DNA from: an uncultured Muribaculaceae bacterium
GTDB lineage: Bacteria > Bacteroidota > Bacteroidia > Bacteroidales > Muribaculaceae
Direction: 5' to 3'
DNA length: 64,000 nt
Assembly (NCBI GenBank): GCA_910579305.1
Contig: CAJTTA010000004.1
Span: 23,100 to 87,099 of the forward strand
This document shows, piece by piece, positions 48,563-58,341 of the stretch (position 1 is the first letter of the stretch; every line of letters begins with the position of its first letter). Both the position numbers and the translations under genes were made by a program. A model generated the notes under the pieces. The model had not been told where the DNA came from and ran no database searches. It worked only from the letters and a program-made list of their open reading frames with translations.

Positions 48563-48653
48563 AATTGGTTGTTAGATAAGATATATAGAGATTTTATGAA
48601 TTTTCTTTCAAAGATCGGTAGTAGATACTCTCAGGAAAATGTTTTAGTGGTTG

Positions 48654-48684
48654 CAAATATAAGGAAAAAGTTTCAATCAACAAA
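48654..48684 (-). promoter_or_regulatory. Promoter of the 1170-aa gene
   Basis: Minus strand TTTG-N19-TATATTTG. Confidence 0.65.
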
Positions 48685-48911
48685 TTTTGAACTGTTTTTT
48701 TTCTCAAAAAAGTCATATACACCTAAACTACCCTTGAAAATTTTCTTGATTTATAAGTCGACGACTCTGATTTATGTTGTAAAGCATAAAAATATACAAT
48801 ATGTTATTTACTAAAAATTAGTACTTTTGCAAAAAATTTAGCAGTTCTGACAAATCCTCGAACAGTTTACTTTAGCTTTATAATTCTTACATTATTAATA
48901 TTTTAATCAAC

Positions 48912-50807
48912 ATGAAAAAACTCTATCTTTTTCTGTTGGCATGCCTTATGACATGTGTAGCCAATGCCGCGAAAGTTTACTTTCAGGCCGACACATGGAC
49001 TGAAGTGAATGCTTACGCCTGGAGTCAGGCCGGAAATATATCAGCATCTTGGCCCGGCACTCCTATGACACTTAATGAAGATACCGGTCTGTGGGAAGTG
49101 GAATTCAGCTCTACTCCTGAAAACATCATCTTCAACAACGGTTCCAGTCAGACAGATGACCTCAAATTCAAGGATGGAGCCACCTACAAGCAAGACGGCT
49201 CTATCGTGGGTGAAGTCGAAGAACTCATCACCTTAACTGCCACTTTCGACAACAGCCTCTCTAACTGGGATAATGTAAACATTTATTATTGGGAAGGTGC
49301 TTCTGTGGCTTGGCCCGGCGCTGCAATGACCAAAGGTAGCGACAACACTTACACCTTTACCGCCCAGGTGCGAAATCTCCCTAACAAGGTTATGTTTAAC
49401 AATGGCTCTGATGCCGGCAAAACTGCCGACTTGGCTTTTGTAAACAATTCCGTATATGATATGAACGGCCTCAAGGGTGATGACCCCACGCCTCCCACTC
49501 CTCCCACTCCTGCTGTAGAGGACCTGTATCTCGTAGGTGACAACTTCGGCGGATGGGCGCTCGATGAGACTTACAAGTTCACCAAAAACGAGAATGTATA
49601 CACCTTAACTATCCCTGAAGGTCTCTCCGGTGAATGGAAGATATGGAACGGTACCTGGGATTACACTTTCGGTGCCGGTGCTTCTCAGCCCGAAGCAGGA
49701 ACAGAGGCCGAGGTATGGTTCCTCTCTGCAGCAAACTTCACTACGGAGACTACCACCGAGACTACTCTCACCTTCACTCTCGTGGAAGGCTCCGACGTGA
49801 AAGACAGCTCTATTCCCTCTACTCTGCTCATTGAAGCTGAGGAAGGTGATGATCCCACGCCTCCCACTCCTGCTGTAGAAGATCTGTATCTCGTAGGTGA
49901 CAACTTCGGCGGATGGGCGCTCGATGAGACTTACAAGTTCACCAAAAACGAGAATGTATACACCTTAACTATCCCTGAAGGTCTCTCCGGTGAATGGAAG
50001 ATATGGAACGGTACCTGGGATTACACTTTCGGTGCCGGTGCTTCTCAGCCCGAAGCAGGAACAGAGGCCGAGGTATGGTTCCTCTCTGCAGCAAACTTCA
50101 CTACGGAGACTACCACCGAGACTACTCTCACCTTCACTCTCGTGGAAGGCTCCGACGTGAAAGACAGCTCTATTCCTTCAACTCTGCTCATTGAAGCTGA
50201 GAACGGTGATGATCCCACGCCTCCCACTCCTGTAGAGACACCTGAGCATCTCTACATAGTAGGCAACGTAAACGGCACAAGCTGGGATGTGACCGCTCCT
50301 ATGGAGCTGACCAAGAGCGGCAATACTTTCACAGCTTCAGATGTAGCTCTCATTGACGCCGGCAACGGATACAGCTACTTCACTTTCATAACTGTGACCG
50401 GTGCCGACTGGGACATCGTAAACGGCGGCGACCGCTTCGGCGCACCTGCCCAGGATACTCCCGTAGTTGCCAGCAAACCCATGGAGATGGTGAAATATGC
50501 TGAGGGCGTCAATGCAAGTGCCGCACAATCATGGATGATTGATTCTTCCATGGAGGCTATTGACATTGTAGTTGATTTCGAGAATATGACAATGACCGCC
50601 ACCCGCTCTGCAGGCATCGACGCTATAGGCAACGGCAGCACTAAGATCTCCGTGATCGGTGGTATCCTTTCTGTAGAGGGTGCAGGCAATGTAAATGTAT
50701 TCACTACCGACGGCGCACACATAAGCAGCTCCGCCAAGACAGCTCTTGCTCCCGGCCTTTACATCATCGTGGCCGACGGCAAAGCCTCCAAGGTTATGGT
50801 GAAATAA
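48912..50807 (+). CDS. Non-catalytic starch-binding protein (2 CBM26-like + 3 SusE/F-like modules) with T9SS-type CTD
   Basis: Y.W...WPG..M...IIFNN twice; LYLVG..GW modules; PTPP linkers; CTD LAPGLYII...KVMVK. Confidence 0.75.
   Translation: MKKLYLFLLACLMTCVANAAKVYFQADTWTEVNAYAWSQAGNISASWPGTPMTLNEDTGLWEVEFSSTPENIIFNNGSSQTDDLKFKDGATYKQDGSIVGEVEELITLTATFDNSLSNWDNVNIYYWEGASVAWPGAAMTKGSDNTYTFTAQVRNLPNKVMFNNGSDAGKTADLAFVNNSVYDMNGLKGDDPTPPTPPTPAVEDLYLVGDNFGGWALDETYKFTKNENVYTLTIPEGLSGEWKIWNGTWDYTFGAGASQPEAGTEAEVWFLSAANFTTETTTETTLTFTLVEGSDVKDSSIPSTLLIEAEEGDDPTPPTPAVEDLYLVGDNFGGWALDETYKFTKNENVYTLTIPEGLSGEWKIWNGTWDYTFGAGASQPEAGTEAEVWFLSAANFTTETTTETTLTFTLVEGSDVKDSSIPSTLLIEAENGDDPTPPTPVETPEHLYIVGNVNGTSWDVTAPMELTKSGNTFTASDVALIDAGNGYSYFTFITVTGADWDIVNGGDRFGAPAQDTPVVASKPMEMVKYAEGVNASAAQSWMIDSSMEAIDIVVDFENMTMTATRSAGIDAIGNGSTKISVIGGILSVEGAGNVNVFTTDGAHISSSAKTALAPGLYIIVADGKASKVMVK
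49500..50232 (+). repeat. 360-bp in-frame tandem duplication
   Basis: 49501-49860 and 49861-50220 differ at 6 positions; a partial third linker copy starts at 50221. Confidence 0.97.
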
Positions 50808-50838
50808 CGATAGCTTTGAAATTTAGCACTCGATAACT

Positions 50839-50886
50839 CCTCGTGGAGACGGATAGCACTGAATGCCGTCTCCACGAGGTCTTTTT
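50839..50886 (+). terminator. Intrinsic terminator
   Basis: CCTCGTGGAGACGG...CCGTCTCCACGAGG followed by TCTTTTT. Confidence 0.85.
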
Positions 50887-50952
50887 ATGACAGTCAGTTT
50901 CCCGTATCAGTTTTTTTAACTACTTTTGCAGACGAATCTATTAACAATAGCA

Positions 50953-51774
50953 ATGTCAACAAATACTACTGACAACACACGCAAGGTCACTACCAGGCGT
51001 CTGATAGAAATGAAACGGCGCGGTGAAAAGATCTCCATGCTCACCGCTTACGACTATTCCTCAGCCAAGATCATAGATGAGGCAGGTGTAGATGTAATAC
51101 TTGTAGGAGACTCTGCATCCAATGTGATGGCAGGCAATATCACGACGCTCCCCATCACTCTCGACCAGATGATATATCACGGAAAGTCGGTGATGAAAGC
51201 CACAAAACGCGCCCTTGTGATAGTAGACCTTCCCTTTGGCACTTATCAGGGCAACTCCAAGGAAGCGCTGGCTTCGGCCATACGCATCATGAAGGAAAGC
51301 CATGCTGAAGCAGTAAAGATAGAGGGTGGAGCAGAAATACGCGAAAGCATTGAGCGCATATTATGCGCCGGCATACCGGTGTGCGGGCATCTGGGACTCA
51401 CACCTCAGAGCATCAACAAATTCGGTACTTACAATGTGCGTGCCCGTGAAGCAGAAGAAGCCGAAAAACTGATAGAAGATGCCCGCATGCTCGATGAGAT
51501 AGGCTGCTTCGCCATCGTGATCGAGAAAGTGCCTGCAGAGCTTGCCACACGTGTGGCACAGAGTGTGAGCATACCAATAATTGGCATCGGAGCTGGCGGT
51601 GGCGTAGACGGACAGGTGCTTGTCATGCACGACATGCTGGGCATAAACAAGGATTTCTCTCCTCGATTCCTGCGACGCTATGCCAATCTTGCCGACATTA
51701 TGGATAAAGCTGTGAAAGATTACATCAAAGATGTGAAGAGCGGCGACTTCCCAAATGAATCTGAAAGCTACTGA
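50953..51774 (+). CDS. panB: 3-methyl-2-oxobutanoate hydroxymethyltransferase
   Basis: [24 protein letters not shown] and GIGAG...DGQVLV. Confidence 0.97.
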   Translation: MSTNTTDNTRKVTTRRLIEMKRRGEKISMLTAYDYSSAKIIDEAGVDVILVGDSASNVMAGNITTLPITLDQMIYHGKSVMKATKRALVIVDLPFGTYQGNSKEALASAIRIMKESHAEAVKIEGGAEIRESIERILCAGIPVCGHLGLTPQSINKFGTYNVRAREAEEAEKLIEDARMLDEIGCFAIVIEKVPAELATRVAQSVSIPIIGIGAGGGVDGQVLVMHDMLGINKDFSPRFLRRYANLADIMDKAVKDYIKDVKSGDFPNESESY

Positions 51775-51800
51775 TAGCAACAACTTTACGTAACAAAAAC

Positions 51801-51848
51801 AATATACCCGGGCCGGACTCAATCATGAGCATCCGGCCCGGGTATATT
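51801..51848. terminator. Bidirectional terminator between convergent genes
   Basis: 17-bp perfect inverted repeat AATATACCCGGGCCGGA/TCCGGCCCGGGTATATT. Confidence 0.85.
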
Positions 51849-51866
51849 ATTGTATGATGATCAGGG

Positions 51867-52802
51867 TCACTTCATGGTAAACTTGCGGGTGGCGAGACAC
51901 TGTCCGTCGCAGAATATGCGCACCGTATATTCACCGGGAGTCAGGGAGGTGTTCACATCCCAGTACACAGCTGTTGACAGCTCTTCATTCGCATATTCCA
52001 CCGTGCGGCGCGCCGTAGCCTGAAGCGTGGTTCCTTCTGCATGGAAAGAGCCACCGCCCGTAAGCATCTGTCCTTCGGGTGTCTTGATCGTGATGAAGAA
52101 ATCCTTCATGCCCGGTTTAGCTGTATTATTGGGAGTAATCGTGAAGCTCACCCCGAGCTTCCGGGCCTTGGATATATGCTTCTCGTTCTTATCCTTCTTA
52201 TTGTAGGCTTTCAGTGATATACCTGTAAGCGTCAGCCTCTCGGCCACAGCCACCTTGCTGCTGAGCTCCTTGTTGACGGCCTGAGCCTGGCCCATATTCT
52301 CACTCAGCACCCTGTTCTGCTCGGTAAGCTCAGTATTGATCTGCACCTGCTGCTCATACTTCTCATTGAGATCATGGAGACGCTGCAGGAGATCCTTGCA
52401 GTAAGCCTTAAGCTCGCCTATCTGCCCCTCAAGCTCCTTTATCTTGGCCTGGGACGCTGCCGAAGATTTCTTATTGCTGGCACGCTCCTGCTTCAGCTCC
52501 TTCATCAGGCTCTCTATCTTGTCGCGCGCATCATTGTATTTGCCAAGCAACTCCTGCTGGTCGGCAGCGAGCGTCATTCCCTCGGTCTCTATGGCAGGAA
52601 TGGAATCAAGCGAGCGCTGAAGGTTATCGAGCTGCATCTGCTCGTTGGCTGCACGCAGAGAGTCGAGTTCCGCCTGCAGGGCCTCATCCCTGTCTCCGGA
52701 CACAGATGAATTCCCCCCGGCGAGCAACCATATGAGGATGCCTATGAGGATTACCACAACACCTATGCCTGAGAATAGCACTATCTTCTGTTGTTTATTC
52801 AT
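51867..52802 (-). CDS. Membrane-anchored coiled-coil hypothetical protein
   Basis: N-terminal TM helix, long heptad-rich region and beta-rich C-terminal domain. Confidence 0.75.
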   Translation of the reverse strand: MNKQQKIVLFSGIGVVVILIGILIWLLAGGNSSVSGDRDEALQAELDSLRAANEQMQLDNLQRSLDSIPAIETEGMTLAADQQELLGKYNDARDKIESLMKELKQERASNKKSSAASQAKIKELEGQIGELKAYCKDLLQRLHDLNEKYEQQVQINTELTEQNRVLSENMGQAQAVNKELSSKVAVAERLTLTGISLKAYNKKDKNEKHISKARKLGVSFTITPNNTAKPGMKDFFITIKTPEGQMLTGGGSFHAEGTTLQATARRTVEYANEELSTAVYWDVNTSLTPGEYTVRIFCDGQCLATRKFTMK

Positions 52803-52831
52803 ATAAGTACCTCTTTTAGTGATAAAAATAA

Positions 52832-54052
52832 TCAGAACATCGCGGCCACTCTCTTTAGGGCGCTTATGAATGTGTCTACCTCTTCGCGTGTGTTATATAC
52901 TGCAAACGAGGCGCGCACCGTCCCCGGTATTCCCAGGCGATCCATGAGCGGCTGGGCGCAATGGTGGCCGGTGCGTACCGCCACGCCAAGCCTGTCAAGC
53001 AGCATGCCTATGTCGTAGGGATGCACATCCCTGACCAGGAAGCTCAGCACCGGGCTCTTGCCGGGTGTCGTGCCGAAGATGCGCACTCCCTCCACCTCGG
53101 CCATAATGCGGCCGGTGGCATACTTGAGCAGCTCCTCCTCGTGAGCAGCCATCTCTCTCAGTCCCGTTGTCTCTATAAAATCAAGAGCCTTGGCAAACGC
53201 GGCTATATCCACAAAGTCGGGAGTGCCGGCCTCAAACTTGAAAGGAAGTTCGGCATACGTAGTGCCGAGCGGAAGACGCACGTGGCTTATCATCTCGCCT
53301 CCTCCCTGCCATGGCGGCATTTTCTCAAGCAATTCCTTGCGGCCATACAGCACGCCCACTCCTGTGGGCCCATACATCTTATGAGCGGAGAAAGCATAGA
53401 AGTCGCAGCCTATCTCCTGCATGTCGAGATGCAGATGAGGCGACGCCTGCGCGCCGTCCACGAGCACATAGGCCCCGCGCGAATGTGCATAAGCAGTCAT
53501 CTCCTTCACCGGATTGATTGTGCCGAGCACATTGCTCACATGCGTAAACGCCGCCATGACGGTGCGCTCATTGAAGAGAGACTTATATTCCTCCAGATCA
53601 AGGCTTCCCTCTTCATCTATATCCACAACCCTTATCGTGAGCCCCTTTCGCTCGGCAAGCAACTGCCAGGGCACGATATTGGCGTGATGCTCCATCACAG
53701 TGAGAATTATCTCGCTTCCCCCACTGAACGTGTCGCCCAGGCTTGACGCCACAAGATTGATGGCTTCAGTCGTGCCGCGCGTGAATATGATCTCCTCTAC
53801 CGATGCCGCATTGATGTAGCGGCACACCCTGCGGCGAGTCTCCTCCTGCATGTCGGTAGCCTCCTGGGAAAGTGTGTGGACTCCTCTGTGCACATTGGCC
53901 TTCGTGTGTTCATAATTATCCACTATGGCCCTCACCACCGATGCCGGGGTCTGGGATGTCGCCGTATTGTCAAGATATATCAGCGGCTTTCCATCGGCCA
54001 CAGTGCGCGACAATATGGGGAATTCCCTGCGTATCTTCTCTATATCAAGCAT
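52832..54052 (-). CDS. sufS: Cysteine desulfurase
   Basis: YLDNTAT, NVHRG, EHHAN, SAHKMYGPTG and RTGHHCA. Confidence 0.96.
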   Translation of the reverse strand: MLDIEKIRREFPILSRTVADGKPLIYLDNTATSQTPASVVRAIVDNYEHTKANVHRGVHTLSQEATDMQEETRRRVCRYINAASVEEIIFTRGTTEAINLVASSLGDTFSGGSEIILTVMEHHANIVPWQLLAERKGLTIRVVDIDEEGSLDLEEYKSLFNERTVMAAFTHVSNVLGTINPVKEMTAYAHSRGAYVLVDGAQASPHLHLDMQEIGCDFYAFSAHKMYGPTGVGVLYGRKELLEKMPPWQGGGEMISHVRLPLGTTYAELPFKFEAGTPDFVDIAAFAKALDFIETTGLREMAAHEEELLKYATGRIMAEVEGVRIFGTTPGKSPVLSFLVRDVHPYDIGMLLDRLGVAVRTGHHCAQPLMDRLGIPGTVRASFAVYNTREEVDTFISALKRVAAMF

Positions 54053-54058
54053 GGCTGA

Positions 54059-55411
54059 TCAGGATATTTGTGATGCACAGGCGGCACAGTCATGCTCGCC
54101 CGTATCCGAAGCAAAACGCATGTCGACAAGCATGCGGAGACGGTCTCTCAATGGCTGAAGACGCACACCCTCTATCACATCGGCCATAAAGGCCTGCTTG
54201 AGCAATGTGTGAGCCACAGGCAGGCTCAGTCCGCGCTGCTGCATATAGAACAGCTGCTTCTCATCCATGCGCCCTATGGCCGTGCCATGGGAGCATTTCA
54301 CGTCGTCATTATATATCTCGAGCTGAGGCTTGGAATACATGCGGGCAGCGGGAGAAGTCACCATATTGCGGTTAGACTGATATGCCTCGGTCTTCTCAGC
54401 ACCCGGGGCCACATATATGCGGCCGCAGAAGACCCCTGTGGCTTCATCCGCCACTACGTATTTCATCAGCTCATCGGAGTGACACCGCGGGGCTTCATGG
54501 CGTATGTGTGTCAGATTGTCAAGCAGACGGCCTTCATCCTCTATACCCATGCCAAGAAGACGCAGACTGCTTCCGGGAGCCGACAGAGTGCAATGATACT
54601 CATTGCGTGTCATGCCGTTGAAGAGTGTGATCCCGTCAAGCAAGATATTGGCATCGGCGCCGGCATGCAGATAAAGAGAACTCAGCCGAGAGGTGGCGCC
54701 GGCAGTCTCTTCAAGGTCATAGAGATCGAAGCATGCCCGGTCTCCTGCAAATATCTCTATTGTCTGCAGCGAGAGCGAGGCAGTAGCCGGGCTTTGAGTA
54801 TGGTCGCAGCAAAGGAGGCGTGCCTCGGCATCATCCTCAAGCACTATGAGCAGGCGGCGCACTGCCATCATGGGCATCTCGCTCCGCATAATGCTCACAA
54901 GCTGCAGAGGCTTGTCTACTTTCACTCCACGTGGCACATAGATGAACAGACCGTCCTGGGCAAGCATAGTGTTGAGCGCCACAAGCGGATTGGAGAGCGA
55001 AGCTGCACGGCCATAGTAACGTTCCAGCAACTCAGGGTGTCTTGCCGATGCGGCGGCAAGAGAACTCACTATCACTCCCTCCGGCAGCTGCGCGCAGGCA
55101 TTGCCGGCCGAGGCAAACGTATCGCCCATGAGGAAGAACAGTGCCGTGCTCAGAGTAGGCACCTTGCAGGAAAATGTAGCGGCAGGATCTATGTCGAGAG
55201 GCCTACGGCCGAGATTTATGCCGTAATCAGGAGCCAGCATGGCAGCGAGATCGACATGCTCATAGTCCTCGCTCCCCTTCCCTGGAAGAGTGCATGCACG
55301 CAAAGCCTCGCATGCCTGCTGGCGGAGAGCATTGAGAGGAAGACCGCAAGCACTGTCTATAAGCTCGCGATGAGCCTCATAGAGATCGGTATATTGCTGT
55401 AGCGGATTCAT
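54059..55411 (-). CDS. sufD: Fe-S cluster assembly protein SufD
   Basis: GRIYVAPGAEKT and PQLEIYNDDVKCSHG...LFYM. Confidence 0.93.
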   Translation of the reverse strand: MNPLQQYTDLYEAHRELIDSACGLPLNALRQQACEALRACTLPGKGSEDYEHVDLAAMLAPDYGINLGRRPLDIDPAATFSCKVPTLSTALFFLMGDTFASAGNACAQLPEGVIVSSLAAASARHPELLERYYGRAASLSNPLVALNTMLAQDGLFIYVPRGVKVDKPLQLVSIMRSEMPMMAVRRLLIVLEDDAEARLLCCDHTQSPATASLSLQTIEIFAGDRACFDLYDLEETAGATSRLSSLYLHAGADANILLDGITLFNGMTRNEYHCTLSAPGSSLRLLGMGIEDEGRLLDNLTHIRHEAPRCHSDELMKYVVADEATGVFCGRIYVAPGAEKTEAYQSNRNMVTSPAARMYSKPQLEIYNDDVKCSHGTAIGRMDEKQLFYMQQRGLSLPVAHTLLKQAFMADVIEGVRLQPLRDRLRMLVDMRFASDTGEHDCAACASQIS

Positions 55412-56172
55412 AGATTCTCTTCATTTTCCGCCTCGCGGATTATCTTGTCGAAACCGTTATGCTCTATCTCGAGTGCGAGTTCCGGGCCGGCGGTTTTGAT
55501 TATGCGGCCCTTGTAGAGCACATGGATTATCTGGGGCTTTATGTAATCGAGCAAGCGCTGATAGTGAGTGATGACTATTGTGGCATTCTCGGGTGTGCGC
55601 AACTTGTTGACACCCTCTGCCACAATGCGGAGAGCATCCACATCCAGCCCTGAGTCAGTCTCATCAAGGATGGAGAGCACAGGATTCAGCACAGCCATCT
55701 GGAAGATTTCATTGCGCTTCTTCTCTCCCCCCGAAAAGCCCTCGTTCACCGAGCGCGACGCGAGCTTGCTGTCAAGCTCCACGATAGCTCTCTTCTCTCG
55801 CATGAGCTTAAGGAATTCAGTGGCCGACATGGGAGGCTCGTTGAAGTATTTCCGCTTCTCATTTACGGCCGCACGCATGAAATTCACCATTGACACGCCG
55901 GGAATCTCCACCGGATACTGAAATCCTAAAAAAAGGCCTTCATGACTACGCACGTCGGGAGCCATGGCAAGCAGATCCTTGCCCTGGAATGTGGCTGAGC
56001 CATGAGTCACGGTATAGGCCGGATTGCCGGCAAGCACCATTGAGAGTGTGCTCTTGCCACTGCCGTTGGGCCCCATTATGGCATGCACCTCGCCGGCACG
56101 CACCTCAAGATCTATGCCACGCAATATTTCTTTGCCACCTATAGTGGCATGCAAGTCTTTTACACTAAGCAT
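55408..56172 (-). CDS. sufC: Fe-S cluster assembly ATPase SufC
   Basis: GPNGSGKST, FQYPVEIPG, FSGGEKKRNE and LDETDSGLD. Likely start is MLSVKD at 56172. Confidence 0.96.
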   Translation of the reverse strand: MLSVKDLHATIGGKEILRGIDLEVRAGEVHAIMGPNGSGKSTLSMVLAGNPAYTVTHGSATFQGKDLLAMAPDVRSHEGLFLGFQYPVEIPGVSMVNFMRAAVNEKRKYFNEPPMSATEFLKLMREKRAIVELDSKLASRSVNEGFSGGEKKRNEIFQMAVLNPVLSILDETDSGLDVDALRIVAEGVNKLRTPENATIVITHYQRLLDYIKPQIIHVLYKGRIIKTAGPELALEIEHNGFDKIIREAENEENL

Positions 56173-56782
56173 TTTGAGACTGTATGTTATTATATACCAA
56201 CGCGCATGGCAGCGATAAGGTTGCCTGGCGCGGACGTATGTACGAAATTTTCTTTGCTTCCTCAAGCCGCCGCAGATGCTCAAGATCATCGGGACACTGG
56301 GTGCCCATAAGCGCCGGAGCGGCATACATAACCAGTTCCACGAGATTACCGTCGCCGTCATCGCAGAGATCGGCAAGCTCTCCCGAAGGATGCAGCGCAA
56401 GAATAAGATTATAGATCACACTCATGATCATCACCCACTTGAGCAACGAGAATGCGGCGCCAGCCATGGCATTGAGGGCCCCTACATGCAGCAGCGACAG
56501 GGCCGACCGCAACACACCGGCTATTATGCCGAATGCCGCATATACCGCTCCAAGCACCAGGGCTGACGCGAGTATATGCACCTTATATCCGGCGGCAAAT
56601 CCCTCGGCCAGCGAGGGTAACTTATCGATGAGCCACTCGCTTACAGGCGAACAGAAAACCCTGGCCATGACCACACCGAAGGCTATGCCGAGCACGCCGG
56701 CCATCTGATGGATGAGACCGGTGCACCAGCCACGCCACACGGCATAGACAAACACTGTTATGAGCACGAGCATATAGGGCAT
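56165..56782 (-). CDS. cvpA: CvpA family membrane protein
   Basis: RGW..GLI and LN..AGA.F motifs; four TM helices. Confidence 0.75.
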   Translation of the reverse strand: MPYMLVLITVFVYAVWRGWCTGLIHQMAGVLGIAFGVVMARVFCSPVSEWLIDKLPSLAEGFAAGYKVHILASALVLGAVYAAFGIIAGVLRSALSLLHVGALNAMAGAAFSLLKWVMIMSVIYNLILALHPSGELADLCDDGDGNLVELVMYAAPALMGTQCPDDLEHLRRLEEAKKISYIRPRQATLSLPCALVYNNIQSQNA

Positions 56783-57123
56783 AATGCCTACAAAATTACA
56801 AAAACTTCTCCAACAATCAAAAAATTCACCGAGAATCACAATGGGCCCTGGAATAATGCCCGCTTAAGTTGTTTCTAATGCAAAATTTCCATAATAACAA
56901 GTCCGCAAGTATCCCCCTCTCATTCTGACCGGGGAGACTTTTTTAGCCTGCATCACCATTTTAATCATCAAAAACTTGACAACGGGGGTATAAATTTATT
57001 AACTTTGCAAAATATTGGCCTCATAGGCCATTGCGCGTTTTCCCATATGTGCATGCAATCCGCTCTTGGAGCATTCTCCGGATTTCCCTGTAGCTTCCAG
57101 GCAAAACACTATCTTATTGAATT

Positions 57124-58008
57124 ATGATCAAGAGAATAAAAGACGCAAATATATCTTACTGGGCGGCTCACTTCACCACTATCGTGAGCGTAACCCTACT
57201 GCTGTTGCTCATAGGAGTAATCGCATTGCTTGGAATAGCCGCCGGCAATACGGCAGATGAGGTGAAACGGCAGCAACAGGTGAGCATCATAATGAGAGAC
57301 AGCATAAGCAATGAAGATGCAGCCTCTGTGGCTAACCGGCTACGAGGAAAACCCTATGTAAATACCGTGCGCCTGATAACCAGCGAACAGGCTCTGGCCG
57401 ACTGGAATGAAACCACCGGCGAGGATGTGGCAGCCATAGCAGGAGGAAATTTCTTCACTCCCGAGGTGGAGCTCACCCTCACGGCGCCATATGCTGTGCC
57501 CGACTCTATCACTGCGTTATTGCCTCGGCTCCGCATGCTTCCCGGCGTGGATGAAGTGGTGGCCCCCGACCCGGAGCTGATCAAATCGATGGATCAGGTA
57601 ATCTCCCGCACTCTGCTCGTACTGGGCATAGTGGCAGCCGCCATGATCATAATTTCCTTTGTGCTCATCAACAACACGGTGCTGCTCACAATATACTCGC
57701 GAAGATTCACCATCCACACAATGCAGCTCGTGGGAGCAACGCCCGGATTCATACGCCGTCCCTTTGTCAAAAACAATCTGCTCTCCGGCATAATCGCGGC
57801 TATCATAGCCTGTATCCTGCTTGGCGGTATGCTGGAATTCATAGGCCGCACACAGCTTCCGGAGCTCCACAAATACATATCAACGGAACACGCCATATGG
57901 GTGGGACTGGCGCTGATAGCCACCGGCATCATAGTGTGTGTGACATCGGCCTACATAGCCACCAACCGTTATCTGCACAAGGATTATGATGAACTGTTTC
58001 TGAGCTGA
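57124..58008 (+). CDS. ftsX: Cell division permease FtsX
   Basis: LINNTVLLTIYSRRFTIHTMQLVGATPGFIRRPF. Confidence 0.92.
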   Translation: MIKRIKDANISYWAAHFTTIVSVTLLLLLIGVIALLGIAAGNTADEVKRQQQVSIIMRDSISNEDAASVANRLRGKPYVNTVRLITSEQALADWNETTGEDVAAIAGGNFFTPEVELTLTAPYAVPDSITALLPRLRMLPGVDEVVAPDPELIKSMDQVISRTLLVLGIVAAAMIIISFVLINNTVLLTIYSRRFTIHTMQLVGATPGFIRRPFVKNNLLSGIIAAIIACILLGGMLEFIGRTQLPELHKYISTEHAIWVGLALIATGIIVCVTSAYIATNRYLHKDYDELFLS

Positions 58009-58047
58009 ACGCAGCAGAATCCTGATAAAATATCTCAAAACCGTCAT

Positions 58048-58341
58048 ATGAACACCAACAGACAATCTTACCGTCCCGCACCTGCGGGTATCGCTGAGGA
58101 AACCGGGGCTCAGAAGCCCTTCGTAAAGCGTAACTTCATCTTCATGGGCATTTCCCTGGCCATGATTATCATAGGCTTTGTCCTGATGACGGGCAGCGCC
58201 AACGGCGATGTGCCGGGTTTCAATGAAGACATTTTCTCATTCCGCCGCATCGTGCTCGGCCCCGGACTCGCATTTCTCGGCTTCGTGGCGATGGCTTTCG
58301 CTATAATCTATACACCCCGGCAATCAAAGGAGAATCACTGA
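58048..58341 (+). CDS. DUF3098 family membrane protein
   Basis: FNEDIFSFRRI motif; ftsX-DUF3098-uppP-truB synteny. Confidence 0.85.
   Translation: MNTNRQSYRPAPAGIAEETGAQKPFVKRNFIFMGISLAMIIIGFVLMTGSANGDVPGFNEDIFSFRRIVLGPGLAFLGFVAMAFAIIYTPRQSKENH

Noticed and set aside
48607..48627. CGGTAG in the leader motif as an enterobacterial RfaH ops site
   Set aside because: It lies on the template strand of the downstream gene (wrong orientation) and the match is only partial.
49500..50232. Repeat as a CRISPR array or mobile element
   Set aside because: In-frame coding duplication with no spacers, cas genes or transposase.
54092..55402. 436-aa + strand ORF antisense to sufD (likewise 52961-53746, 33455-34300, 34895-35587, 32606-33280)
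   Set aside because: Shadow ORFs opposite well-supported genes in GC-rich sequence, with no recognisable motifs.
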